From positions 1 through 64,000 of the IMG/VR virus record IMGVR_UViG_3300027777_000028: DNA of 64,000 nucleotides; one strand, 5' to 3'. Numbering within the stretch: the first letter of the stretch is position 1; every line of letters starts with the position of its first letter. The notes under the pieces are model-generated. The model was given only the letters and a program-made list of their open reading frames with translations, was not told where the DNA came from and searched no databases. This stretch comes from a virus. Shown here piece by piece: positions 50,901 through 61,248 of this stretch. Both the position numbers and the translations under genes were made by a program.

Positions 50901-53561
50901 GGATCATTGCCCGCCACGATCGTCATTAACTCACCACAAGTTAGTCAAAAGCCTGTAATTGGTAACCCCCAAGTTGAGCAGTCATACCTTCAATATCCCA
51001 CAGATCTTGAGTACTTCCAATTAATAACAGGTGTGACTTATAGTGATTTTATTAATCAGTCAAATTATACAACTGCTTCAGGGTTTTTCCCCCAAGATTA
51101 TTTACTACACGACATTAGTTATGTTGCCCCATGTGGTGCTAGTAAGACTCTTAATAATATAATTGGAGTAATGGAAAATTACCAAACCTATGAAATTTGT
51201 ATTTTCGTAAGAGGTGTAGATCCGTTTACCGCAAAACAAACTATATCTTATGACTTATCTAAAATATTTGGTAAATCTTATGGGAATATTTCAATACAAG
51301 GTGATTATTATTTAAATGTTCCAATACAACCATTACCCACATCATTAAAACCTACGACACATAACACAGTAAATAATGGAAATCAAACATTATATTTCCC
51401 TTCATTTACTTTTACGCCTGATCCGACACAATATACCGCATTTACTTCTAACTTACCATATTATTATTTAAGTACTGATGATGTTTTATCTACGAACTAT
51501 TCGCCATATCCAGGTCAATGGCAAACAAATCAACAAAGTACCACATCACTCCAACAAACAATTGCTAATGGACGCAATATTCCAACATTAATACAACCTA
51601 CATCCTTTTATACTGTCGGTGGGACATATTTAAGATGGGTAAATGATTTTCAGTCGACAAGTTTCTACATGCAAACAGGAAACAATAATAGTAACCCACC
51701 TTGTAATCAAGATTGTCAAAAGGGTGAATATTTTAATACTGGTTCAACATTTTATACTTTTGTTAATAGTATGGGTAATTTATCAGCACTGTATTCTCCT
51801 GCATATTATAGATACGGATTGTCTCCAATATCATTTCCAACTGTAAATAGTAATCGTATTGTGATGAGATCTGATAGATTACCAACTTCATCAAACGTAC
51901 AAAACGGACCATCAGGAACACAAACAGGATATGCTTTACATCAAAATGATAATTTTTCATTTTACACCCAAAATGGAAGTCAAAGTCAACCAACAATCAG
52001 TGCTGGTGGAGACTTGGTATCTGGTGAATCTCAAGATGACGATCCGGTTACATCAGGATTAACAGAAACACTAACTTGTGAAGGAATGGTTCCTTTGGCT
52101 TGTTATACAGGATCAGGAAGTAATGTTGGGGTAGTTCCTTCGGGACAATGTTCAGTACCCGAAAATAGAATGGTTAACGGATGTTATTGTTTATTAAATT
52201 ATATAGAAACAGATATTCCGGTCTTCAAAAAATTATATTTAATTCCAGAATACTTTAGAGATGCTAGATTGTTTTTAGAATGGAAAACAAGATTTACGAT
52301 GAATTTTGCAGCTTGTAGAGGAGTTTTTGCTCAAGTTTTTCAAAACAATTGGGTAAACGGAGTTTTGTATATGTTTAATTTTAATAAAAGAACAACATTC
52401 AATATTTTAACACAACCAAATTATAATTATTGTGAAAATGTTATAGTTTTTAACGAACTTACAAATAATTTCTATTATAGGTCTTCCCCTTGGAATGATA
52501 CAATACAAGAATTTATTGGAAAAAATTCCCCTAGTTATAACTCACAAAGTTTTTTATCAAATTTTCCTGGATTTGGTTATAATGAAAAACAAATACAATT
52601 TCCAACAACCGTTGTTGACTTGGGGCCAAGAGATTATTTCATAAATGAAGTTTGTTGTTCTTCAGGTATTGATGGTTTTGGTTCTTATTATGCAAACCAA
52701 TTAAAAGCAACGTCATACCAAGACAACTCTGACATTATACAACTTGGATTTCTTTCTAGAATACTTAATGATGGTGTTAGACAAAGAATGTTACCCATTC
52801 CAAGTGGGGATAATTCTACTGAAGGAAAAGGCATAATTCAATTTTTCAATAGCACACGAGGTGGATATAGAATTGATGGTGATTGGGCTCAAATGTTATC
52901 AATAAATTCAGAATGGAAAGTTTTGCCGTTTATTACTGAAAACTTACCTCAGCCAAATCCAAATCAATATATTTTCTTTGGTGATAATGGGGCACCAAAT
53001 GCTGACCTAATTAAACCTGTTATGGGATTATTTTTCCAAACTCCAACACCAAACTTAAGATATAGAAAAATAGAATCACCTGGAATTGAAACCTATAATT
53101 TTACACCTTTAATTGAGGAAAAATTTGGGTATTCAAAATCACAAGTTGTTCCAAACTACAAGTGGTCTTTAAAAAAGAGTAGTCCATCATCAAACATATT
53201 TGGAACTGAAGATAATAACTGGTATACAAATACAATAGGTCCGGGAGGAGCAGGAGGCGTTGGAGGATTCTATAAGAAAAAATACCAAGATTTAGATTTT
53301 ACAACGTTAAATGAAAAATATATTACAACAACCACTAAATTAGGTTATATTGCTAATTATGATATTAATGGAAATCCTGATCCACAACCACTTCCAAATA
53401 CAATCATACAAGGACAACCTATTGGAGTTGCCAATCAACCAATAGGATTGAATCAAGCAATTATAGTAGGTGCTCCATACCACTTCTATTTTGGGTTAAA
53501 TAACGGAAAAACAGCCGTTGATAGATTTTATAAACTTTATGTTTCAACAGTAGAAGAATAA
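47919..53561 (+). CDS. Large baseplate/tail-associated protein with internal hydrophobic (TM-like) segments
   Basis: 1880 aa following gp6; N-terminal prealbumin-like strands (GVVTGRVF...TNESGDFMFFGVPVG); hydrophobic block at ~49660-50030. Confidence 0.5.
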   Translation: MGKSYRIRTEVGVDKYINVNLEQDWESLEILSLKILANDVYTRFCSDYGVVTGRVFVNGGFGLPNAKVSVFIPLDAADELNPVISELYPYKTITETNADGYRYNLLPKLPSYNGHVSTGSFPNKGDVLMDGSYIEVYDKYYRFTVTTNESGDFMFFGVPVGTQTIVMDVDLSDIGCFSLSPQDLIQQGLATETQVNGAKFKSSTNLRELPQIKNLVFDVDVRPFWGDAELCQVGITRVDFDLTKQANINIQPTAIFMGSIISTTDDDALKVSCKPKNNTGNLCELVAGPGEIQAIRQTIFSDDNGLPILERYQIEQEGKVIDADGTYLLNVPMNLDYVFTNEFGQQVISNDPKKGIPTKGKYRFRFKWQNEQGLQGSFQRANFLVPNIKEYGWNNTYNSSNDPFTNLSPGTYTYPSIPAGSITGLTATNNFGVNLGLSQPTTNNVSSYSIYLNGQLYIGSLNSIPFNIGDTIQIVATPVDSSQPQSIVFTSYQEELFNLLRSYAFSTDWDDYANVQEALNCEDTFYEFHYNKVYTTAMFLDRYKKGIGRAKHLGIKEIDNRSCKSTVNTFPVNDIIRNFDAIFFVFNILINILTFPILTLLFVAHFISFLWPILKYVLIILGIVLTIQAATDLQNVFENTSEVIEATLSAISVNLGGPVVDTGALIKSVRLLIKQFILIAKAAFSVVLAASFTAFAIFAAAKIKGFPRIGLPMISYPDCTSCDCDCKNADMSDDFDSNSVYNEINTAAQSSGGGTNNTVLSTPKTLIAPVNSSAAYALDHPNLKNDPNNNDPFPPCKSLTTLIGNGDITIDVVVKASLDYIRIASGSDVISSTDPNRYLPNEAYLLKAPQPFLFTADKNPGADDRSFAYPTSVTFSQKLNEFNTRDKYFKSSTTSAFGSGVNRIKTVVNPTSGSTPYEDQVIVVLMNPGSTESLGVGNVVTFQDPNYMDSGSTLRMVNLTGATTNQFQNNSITGTTLTGQTSISINYANPNNPLGSLPATIVINSPQVSQKPVIGNPQVEQSYLQYPTDLEYFQLITGVTYSDFINQSNYTTASGFFPQDYLLHDISYVAPCGASKTLNNIIGVMENYQTYEICIFVRGVDPFTAKQTISYDLSKIFGKSYGNISIQGDYYLNVPIQPLPTSLKPTTHNTVNNGNQTLYFPSFTFTPDPTQYTAFTSNLPYYYLSTDDVLSTNYSPYPGQWQTNQQSTTSLQQTIANGRNIPTLIQPTSFYTVGGTYLRWVNDFQSTSFYMQTGNNNSNPPCNQDCQKGEYFNTGSTFYTFVNSMGNLSALYSPAYYRYGLSPISFPTVNSNRIVMRSDRLPTSSNVQNGPSGTQTGYALHQNDNFSFYTQNGSQSQPTISAGGDLVSGESQDDDPVTSGLTETLTCEGMVPLACYTGSGSNVGVVPSGQCSVPENRMVNGCYCLLNYIETDIPVFKKLYLIPEYFRDARLFLEWKTRFTMNFAACRGVFAQVFQNNWVNGVLYMFNFNKRTTFNILTQPNYNYCENVIVFNELTNNFYYRSSPWNDTIQEFIGKNSPSYNSQSFLSNFPGFGYNEKQIQFPTTVVDLGPRDYFINEVCCSSGIDGFGSYYANQLKATSYQDNSDIIQLGFLSRILNDGVRQRMLPIPSGDNSTEGKGIIQFFNSTRGGYRIDGDWAQMLSINSEWKVLPFITENLPQPNPNQYIFFGDNGAPNADLIKPVMGLFFQTPTPNLRYRKIESPGIETYNFTPLIEEKFGYSKSQVVPNYKWSLKKSSPSSNIFGTEDNNWYTNTIGPGGAGGVGGFYKKKYQDLDFTTLNEKYITTTTKLGYIANYDINGNPDPQPLPNTIIQGQPIGVANQPIGLNQAIIVGAPYHFYFGLNNGKTAVDRFYKLYVSTVEE

Positions 53562-55360
53562 TGGTAGATCCGACAACAAATATAATTTTATCGACCCAAA
53601 GATATAAGGGAGCACCAAAAACAGATCAGTTTATCAATGTTCCTTTCGCACAAACAAATAAAGAACTTATTGAATTTGATAGAAGCGTTGATTTAAATCT
53701 TGCAACCGTTTTTGATGAAGAAAGACAACAATCTACAATATTTAGACCTGTAACCAAGTATTCTGTCATATTTGAAAATGCTTATACAGGATCAACAACT
53801 TATGTTCCATTTAGAGATAATCTTTATTATACAAATGCTTTGTCAAACGCAATATCGTATTATCCTTCTGGAAATAATCCATCAGTTCCACCACTTCCAA
53901 CAAATCAAAATGTTGCTTGGGATGGATTTCCTCAATACCCCGAATTTGATTTTATAAGAACTGATAATGATGTTCTTGGATATACAATTGGAAACGGAAG
54001 ACATTTGGATTTTAAATCAGTAAGTGCAACAACATACAATTGGTCTCATTATTTAAGTTATGTTTATCAAAATGATTATAACAAAAATCTTTATGCGATT
54101 GAACCAAATACAAACATTTCTTGGAATTGGGTGGCTTCAGACGGACTTCCTTATTATGTAATTGTTGGTAGTGATCAAACAACAAGAGTTATTAGTTTTA
54201 AGTGTCCTGTTATGCATGGTTTATCTGTTGGAGAATCCGTTCAATTATCTACTAATTATAATGGAAATGAATTTTTTCAGGTAACCAGTTTGGGTGATCC
54301 TGCATCGGGATCGGATGAATACATTTTTAATATTAGAAACGTTGGTTATACAGGAAATACTTTTTTAACTTTTACACAAGGGACATTCAAAAGGGTTATA
54401 AATGTTTCAAATTCTGCTGATACAATTAGCAAATATTATGTTAGAAAACATAAAATATTGACAAACCCCGAATGTGCGGTTTTGGTAAATGCGGGATTTG
54501 AACAAAATGTTTATAACAATAAAACCAAGTGTGAAGTAAAGGCATTAACACCAAATCAAAAACAACGAACATCTGTTAAAGAAGGTGCAAGATCATATAC
54601 ATTATCTTTTAATTGTGATGTGGATATTCTTGATTTATTGGATAACGAAAACAGACCTGTTAGTGAATTATTTTTTACAACAGTTTGGAGAGGTTATTTT
54701 GGTTGGACACAAAAATTAAAACAAGGTTGGTATTTTAATACTTATTTGGATCAAACAAACCCACAAATTTGGTGGGATCAAAATAATCCTGATTCTAATA
54801 CAAGTATAATCCAAAATCAATATAATTCATTAGTGAATCAAGGTCCGTTTTTTTATAATGAACTATTAAACACAGGAGATACAATAGACGGAGATTATTG
54901 TGAATGGAATAATTTTGAACAACTTGAAAGAGTAATTTCATTATATCAACATAAAATAACATATAACGAAAATTGGTTTAGTTTGTCAGCAACCACGTTG
55001 ACACCAAATAACCAATATGGTTATTTTTATCAACCACATAGCCCAATTCAGATCAGGGCTTTTTCTGACTATATTGAGGAAGGTAGTTCTTTGAATGTTG
55101 TTGGAATACCTGATTATGCTTATTACTCAACGATGAACGCACTATTTAGATGGAGAGATTTATATCCTTATGGGTTTATTGATACAGATGGTGTTGGGGT
55201 TGATTTTCCGTTTTTAAATAATTCTCATTATCCGTTTACAAACACAATATTTAGAGTTACACCCGAAAATTACAATATACCGAGTGATTATGCTCAAACT
55301 GGAGCAGTTCCTGTGAACATAACAACAATTGCAGACCCAACGGCCGATGAATGCGAATAG
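53561..55360 (+). CDS. Putative virion structural protein
   Basis: Translationally coupled (TAATG) within the baseplate operon. Confidence 0.55.
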   Translation: MVDPTTNIILSTQRYKGAPKTDQFINVPFAQTNKELIEFDRSVDLNLATVFDEERQQSTIFRPVTKYSVIFENAYTGSTTYVPFRDNLYYTNALSNAISYYPSGNNPSVPPLPTNQNVAWDGFPQYPEFDFIRTDNDVLGYTIGNGRHLDFKSVSATTYNWSHYLSYVYQNDYNKNLYAIEPNTNISWNWVASDGLPYYVIVGSDQTTRVISFKCPVMHGLSVGESVQLSTNYNGNEFFQVTSLGDPASGSDEYIFNIRNVGYTGNTFLTFTQGTFKRVINVSNSADTISKYYVRKHKILTNPECAVLVNAGFEQNVYNNKTKCEVKALTPNQKQRTSVKEGARSYTLSFNCDVDILDLLDNENRPVSELFFTTVWRGYFGWTQKLKQGWYFNTYLDQTNPQIWWDQNNPDSNTSIIQNQYNSLVNQGPFFYNELLNTGDTIDGDYCEWNNFEQLERVISLYQHKITYNENWFSLSATTLTPNNQYGYFYQPHSPIQIRAFSDYIEEGSSLNVVGIPDYAYYSTMNALFRWRDLYPYGFIDTDGVGVDFPFLNNSHYPFTNTIFRVTPENYNIPSDYAQTGAVPVNITTIADPTADECE

Positions 55361-56153
55361 AATAAAAATAGTAAAAGACGATATAAATAAGTTTGTTAAT
55401 ATACCAATTAACATGCAATGGGATTTTATGGGTCGAGACGATAGTATTTCGGAATATGAAATCGATGCGATTAAACAAGTTACAGGTGTAGCGGCAGATT
55501 TTGAAATCGCAAGATTTGCTCATAACGTATTTTACAATCAAGATTCTGCGATAAATTATGAATTTAACTTTTATGATGATTCACAACCCATAACCGCAAA
55601 TACAGTTGGAAACTGGTCTTCATCATATTTAAATAACGGATTTTCAGTTCAAGACATTTATTATTTTTCAAAACCTTTTACAAAGTCTTTTTTCAAACTT
55701 GATTTTTATGACACAAAAGAAGAAAAAACACAACAAATATATTTGTCAATTATTCTTCCCGTTCAACAAGGATTAACACAAACCGCAGTTTTATCACCAC
55801 TTGTCCCCCCAGTTGAAATTAAAAAACCAAAAATGGTGTTAGATTATATTGGGGCAGATAAAGAAGGGTTTTTTGTATATTGGTTAAGAAGTAGAGATTT
55901 TATTGACATATCAACTTTTTTTATGACCGCCAAGTTTTTTGATGGAAGAGAAGGAGTTTTTAAACAAATGACAAATACAAGACAAGATTTAATCACACCT
56001 AATAAATTCCAATTCAACAATGAGGACTATTTTTATTATAAGGTGGATTTGGATTATAACAATAAAACTTACGAAGTGTTTTCGACATCAACAACTCTTA
56101 GGGTTGGAGATTCAAACTCACCGATAATTTGGTATGAATATGTTAACCCATAA
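55347..56153 (+). CDS. Putative virion structural protein
   Basis: ATG at 55347 overlaps the previous gene; aromatic/Asn-rich. Confidence 0.55.
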   Translation: MNANRIKIVKDDINKFVNIPINMQWDFMGRDDSISEYEIDAIKQVTGVAADFEIARFAHNVFYNQDSAINYEFNFYDDSQPITANTVGNWSSSYLNNGFSVQDIYYFSKPFTKSFFKLDFYDTKEEKTQQIYLSIILPVQQGLTQTAVLSPLVPPVEIKKPKMVLDYIGADKEGFFVYWLRSRDFIDISTFFMTAKFFDGREGVFKQMTNTRQDLITPNKFQFNNEDYFYYKVDLDYNNKTYEVFSTSTTLRVGDSNSPIIWYEYVNP

Positions 56154-57328
56154 TGGAATTACAAGAATATAAGTTTATTGTTTCACCAGAAAATATCAAA
56201 AGTGATATTATTTTTGTTAATTATACAGGTGAAACAGATATTACAACAATTATTGATCCGTGTTGTTTAACGGCAACAACCACAAGTGCGACAACAACAG
56301 GAACAACTGGTGTTTATCTTCCTATGTCGTATGTTTTAAGTGGAAACACAGGAGGAACTTCATTTTTAACAGGTTTATCTGTTAACATATTGATAACAGA
56401 GTCTGCGGTTGATCTTGGATATTACACTCCCTTTGATGGTTTAATATTACAGGCCGACGTATTAAACAATTTTATTGTAACCGCAAACACAATAAATCCA
56501 TATACTTACACATTTTATAATACGTCAGATTTAGAGTTTATTAAGTTTTTACAACTTGTTACATACACATTAGATTGGGGAGATGGATCACCACCACAGG
56601 CGGTTTTGGGAATAACACCTATTTTTCATACGTATCCTACGGCAGATAATAATTATACGATAACCTTGACTGCCAACTCGCCTTGGGGAATATCAAAAGT
56701 TCAAAAACCGGTTTTAACACCATATAGTGCCGCTACAATACCAAACCCACAAGGATCAATAACTTTTTATCCTGCTGGTGGATCGTGGTCTGCTAACCCA
56801 ATAAGTTATGACTATATCTTTACGGGAGATTCAAATACAAACATCAACGACTACTATTCATACAACTACACTTCAGTTCCTTTTTTAATTACAGGTTTTA
56901 CAGAATCAACCTTAAATGATTTGGCACAATTTGGACCAAAAATTAATTTGGCAGGAGGAAAATATAAATTGGGAATACAAGTAACAGGAAACACAGGAGG
57001 TATTGGTACTTACTATGGGGTTGATCCAACGGGAACTTATAGCGCCTACACAATGAACGGAACGATTTATCACGATTATGAAAATTTTACAATTTATTTT
57101 ACAGACTCATACGGATTAGTTCCTGGTGAATTAGAATTATCAGCAATAACAAAAAATGAAGCACTATTGAATGTTATTGACCAACCAGAAATTATAACTA
57201 ATGTTTATATTGAAAGGGGGAAATACACACCTTTAGAAAATGTTATGAGATTAGGTGAGGTTGATAACATGGGTGATTTAGAAAAATACGGATACAAATA
57301 TTTTACAATAGAAAAAGTATCAACATAA
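56153..57328 (+). CDS. Virion protein with PKD-like domain
   Basis: YTLDWGDGSP...HTYP...YTITLTANSPWG PKD signature. Confidence 0.6.
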   Translation: MELQEYKFIVSPENIKSDIIFVNYTGETDITTIIDPCCLTATTTSATTTGTTGVYLPMSYVLSGNTGGTSFLTGLSVNILITESAVDLGYYTPFDGLILQADVLNNFIVTANTINPYTYTFYNTSDLEFIKFLQLVTYTLDWGDGSPPQAVLGITPIFHTYPTADNNYTITLTANSPWGISKVQKPVLTPYSAATIPNPQGSITFYPAGGSWSANPISYDYIFTGDSNTNINDYYSYNYTSVPFLITGFTESTLNDLAQFGPKINLAGGKYKLGIQVTGNTGGIGTYYGVDPTGTYSAYTMNGTIYHDYENFTIYFTDSYGLVPGELELSAITKNEALLNVIDQPEIITNVYIERGKYTPLENVMRLGEVDNMGDLEKYGYKYFTIEKVST

Positions 57329-57355
57329 CTATTTATAAAAAAGTAATATTAAAAT

Positions 57356-58261
57356 ATGGCAACGGGAAATTATGGCGTAATAAGACCTTCAGATGTTAGT
57401 CCTGAAGATGTACAAATCGTGTTAGTTTATACAGAATCAAGAGATGACACACAAAATTTTACATTAACAACTTTGAACGCACAAGACGTTCTTAGACCTT
57501 ATTTTAATAATAATGCCACGGGAGGAAGTTCAGTAGAAATACTTGGTGGTTTATATAATCTAAAATTACCAGCAGACCAATTCAATAAATTGGGAATCTA
57601 TACTTTGATGATTAGACCTGCAGAAATTAGAACAATAATTACTGATTGTGGTGTTTTATCTGCATTACCAAACGTTAAAGGAATTGTAATTGATTTGAAT
57701 AATGTTCCGGCACAAAGTCGAAACAAATTTGTAAATCAAGGATTAGTTGGATTTAGAGTTGAATATTTAAATCCTGATGGAACAAAAATACCAAACTTTT
57801 TTAGAATTATCACATCATCTTTTTATTGTGAACCTGTGGTTCAAAACCTAACAAACACAATTCAAAAATCTATTAGATATAAATATGTTGAAGGAGCAAC
57901 TAACTTGTTATTTTGCACATTGTCTCCGTCATCATCACCAACTAATAAACCAAGTGCGACCCCTTATATTGGACAACCAAACCAAAGTATTATCATTACA
58001 AACACATACTTTAATCCAATAAGTACTGAGATTGAAATTGTTGACCAAGACATTTCAACACTTGCAATTGCTCTTTACGGAAACCAAACTAAATCTATTG
58101 AGGATGGTATTTACACCATTTACGATGCTAATAACAATATATACAAACAATACAACTTGTATGAAATTAAAGATCAGTTTAACGCTCTTCTTTATGAAGT
58201 TAGACAAGATCGTGGCGAAAATATCGATTTCTCAAAGGCGTTTAATAATATAACAGCTTAA
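57356..58261 (+). CDS. Putative virion structural protein
   Basis: 301 aa, upstream TATTTAT, inside the structural operon. Confidence 0.55.
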   Translation: MATGNYGVIRPSDVSPEDVQIVLVYTESRDDTQNFTLTTLNAQDVLRPYFNNNATGGSSVEILGGLYNLKLPADQFNKLGIYTLMIRPAEIRTIITDCGVLSALPNVKGIVIDLNNVPAQSRNKFVNQGLVGFRVEYLNPDGTKIPNFFRIITSSFYCEPVVQNLTNTIQKSIRYKYVEGATNLLFCTLSPSSSPTNKPSATPYIGQPNQSIIITNTYFNPISTEIEIVDQDISTLAIALYGNQTKSIEDGIYTIYDANNNIYKQYNLYEIKDQFNALLYEVRQDRGENIDFSKAFNNITA

Positions 58262-61248
58262 TGGCAACAAATAAATTTACTTGTCCACCTCAAAGTAGTG
58301 CGGCAAATCAATTCTCTAACAATTTGGTTGGAGTTCAGTTGGTTACCGGTGGAGGATTAACGCAAGCAAATTTTAATTTTACAACAGGTATTTCAGAAAA
58401 ACAGAATCGAACTTTTACGATTGGAACTTTTTCTGACCCTATCAATTTGCAGTCCATGAATATGGAAAACAATATTGAATCTGCAGAAATTTTAGCCAAC
58501 AATTATAGAGTTTATCCAAATTACGATTTATCACAAGTTACAAACTTTACACAATACGGATCTTTGGTTAAAAGATTATCAACTTCAGTTACAAAGATCA
58601 TTAACTTTTTTCCTGCGGGATTGGAAGTTTCTCCAAGTACACCAAAGTTCATAACACAAGAAACCGCAATCAACATTTCATACGACTCGGTAGAAAACGA
58701 CACAACATTTGAAGTTTATTTATCATCAATTCAAAATCCATTTGAAATTGATTATTCTACCAATTCAGAAATAAACATGATGTTTAATGAAATGGAAGTT
58801 TCTCCATTACGAAATATGAAATTACAATATAAAAAGTATGTTTTATATGTTAATGGAAATCAATACCCTGTAAATTACTTATACCCAACAGATAGTTCAT
58901 CAACAACATTAAAACTTATTGTAGACGGAAACCCATTTCAAGGAAACCAAATTTCTTATGATTATTTAATTGTTAGACCAAGCGATTATGAAACGAACAA
59001 AGTTTTTAATTTAGATTTTGATCCGGTCGAAAACTTTTTATTAAATAGACAAATTACACCTGCATATACCGCAACATTTACCGTACCTGTGGAACAAGAA
59101 AACGGGACATTCATTTTGACCAACGACACGGCAACTTGGCCAAGAGCAGGATTTTGGAATTTGGATATTAGATCTGGTTCTTTTGACAATTATTTGACAA
59201 AAATTAATGATTTTGCATATAATATGGATCAATATACCACAAATATTGTATCTAGATTTTTAACAACAGGTGCTCTTAAAGAATTTGACACACCTGATCA
59301 AAGGTTTGAAAAACTACTTCAAATATACGGAAGAAGTTTTGATGAAACAAAAACATTTATAAGTGCTTTAGGAAACATCAATAGCATTCATTATACAATT
59401 CAAAACGATATTCCTTCACAATTATTAAAAAATTTGGCACAAACATTAGGTTGGGTTACGAATTTTTCACCAATATCTAATGAAGAACTATTACAGGCTG
59501 TGTTCACAACTCAACCAAATACTTTTCCTGGTCTACAAATAGGACAAACACCAGAGGAGATAAATTATCAGTTTTATAGAAATTTAATTCTAAACTCGGC
59601 ATATCTTTTCAAATCAAAAGGGACAAGAAAATCTATTGAATGTTTATTAAGAATGATCGGAGCCCCTGAGGCAATTACCGAATTTAATGAATATGTTTAT
59701 CTTGCCGACCAAAGAATTAATATGAGCGAGTTTAATCAACAATACGCTCAAATTAGTACTGGTACATTATTAACACAAATTCCCGTTTATGATACAACCG
59801 ATGTTTATTCAATTCAGGGAATTTCATATACAGGATTTACAACGACATCAACAAATACAAATGTTCTAACGACAAGAACCGACTATCCTGTTGATGAATT
59901 TGGTTGTCCTAAAATGCCAACACCAACAGAAACATACTTTTTTCAAATAGGAGGTGGATGGTTTGAATCGACACCACAACATAGAATGCCTGAATTCGCA
60001 GTTCCGACAAATGCGGTTTTTACAGGAAACAATCCAAATTATCAAACACAACTTTTACCTTTTAATTATGGTGAAGAGTATTTGCAAGTTTATAGACATT
60101 TTCCTTATATGGATATGGGTTTTAAATTAAGAAACGTTATTGACAACAAAAAAAGTTGGGTAGACACAAATTCAACTTTGAGAACAAGTTTTGATGGGGG
60201 ATTTAATTCATATTATAATGTTGGAGAAGAATGTTTGGTCTTGAATGTTAAAAATGTTGATATAATGATGAATCCAGCTCAAGGGTTGGCTTATGATGTT
60301 TGGTATATGTCAAACAAATATAATTTTCCAATACCAGAACAAGGATTATTTTATCAACCACCTTCCCCATGTTATGTACCGAACCCATATCCAAAATTAG
60401 GTGGGGTTGATTGGACCACAATTGTTCCAAAACCAAAACAAAAAACTTTCTTTGAATTTGCTCAAACTTTTTGGCGAAACATGATCAATACAAGAAATCG
60501 TCAATTTATTACTGATGGAAAAACAGGAGGTTACCCAACACTACAATCAATATATTGGAGATATTTAGAATCACAAAAATTAGCAGGAGTGCCAAATGAC
60601 AACTTTACTTATCAAACTATGATTGATTATGTAAATGGGATGGGAGATTATTGGATTCAAATGATTGAACAAATGGTTCCAGCAACAACTATTTGGAATA
60701 CGGGAACAAGATTGGAAAATTCAATATTTCATAGACAAAAATTTGTGTGGAGAAGACAAGAAGGTTGTAAGTTTCTTCCAATTCCTTGTAAACCTTGTAA
60801 TCTTACAACACAACTATATGTCTTGGATTGTCCGGTACAACAAGTTACTTGTGGTTTATATCCCTGGTCTACTGATCCAAACACAACATCATTTGGTATT
60901 GTTTTGGCTCAAACTATGTTAGATTTCTTCACATCACAAGGGTTAGATCCAAATAATTGTCAAATAAATACTATTGTAAGTAATTGGTTTGTTGATGTGA
61001 GAGTGAATGGAACAATATTAACACAATATGGTTTCTTTGAAGGTATAGGAACAAATGGATTCCCAACTAGTAGTCAATGGGTGACGGCATTATCCGAAGC
61101 TTTCGATGGTTTACTAACCGATGGGTATAGTTATAATATTGATGAAACGGATCAAGAGATTGTCGTATTTAATAATAATTGTCAACCAAATTTTGACGAA
61201 CTCCAAATTAATGTTGGAATAAACTTCGAGGTGTATTGTAACGGATAA
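58261..61248 (+). CDS. Baseplate wedge / tail protein I-like (gp7/P2 gpI-like) protein
   Basis: LLKNLAQTLGW...YRNLILNSAYLFKSKGTRKSIECLLRMIG is the gpI-like signature. Confidence 0.65.
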   Translation: MATNKFTCPPQSSAANQFSNNLVGVQLVTGGGLTQANFNFTTGISEKQNRTFTIGTFSDPINLQSMNMENNIESAEILANNYRVYPNYDLSQVTNFTQYGSLVKRLSTSVTKIINFFPAGLEVSPSTPKFITQETAINISYDSVENDTTFEVYLSSIQNPFEIDYSTNSEINMMFNEMEVSPLRNMKLQYKKYVLYVNGNQYPVNYLYPTDSSSTTLKLIVDGNPFQGNQISYDYLIVRPSDYETNKVFNLDFDPVENFLLNRQITPAYTATFTVPVEQENGTFILTNDTATWPRAGFWNLDIRSGSFDNYLTKINDFAYNMDQYTTNIVSRFLTTGALKEFDTPDQRFEKLLQIYGRSFDETKTFISALGNINSIHYTIQNDIPSQLLKNLAQTLGWVTNFSPISNEELLQAVFTTQPNTFPGLQIGQTPEEINYQFYRNLILNSAYLFKSKGTRKSIECLLRMIGAPEAITEFNEYVYLADQRINMSEFNQQYAQISTGTLLTQIPVYDTTDVYSIQGISYTGFTTTSTNTNVLTTRTDYPVDEFGCPKMPTPTETYFFQIGGGWFESTPQHRMPEFAVPTNAVFTGNNPNYQTQLLPFNYGEEYLQVYRHFPYMDMGFKLRNVIDNKKSWVDTNSTLRTSFDGGFNSYYNVGEECLVLNVKNVDIMMNPAQGLAYDVWYMSNKYNFPIPEQGLFYQPPSPCYVPNPYPKLGGVDWTTIVPKPKQKTFFEFAQTFWRNMINTRNRQFITDGKTGGYPTLQSIYWRYLESQKLAGVPNDNFTYQTMIDYVNGMGDYWIQMIEQMVPATTIWNTGTRLENSIFHRQKFVWRRQEGCKFLPIPCKPCNLTTQLYVLDCPVQQVTCGLYPWSTDPNTTSFGIVLAQTMLDFFTSQGLDPNNCQINTIVSNWFVDVRVNGTILTQYGFFEGIGTNGFPTSSQWVTALSEAFDGLLTDGYSYNIDETDQEIVVFNNNCQPNFDELQINVGINFEVYCNG

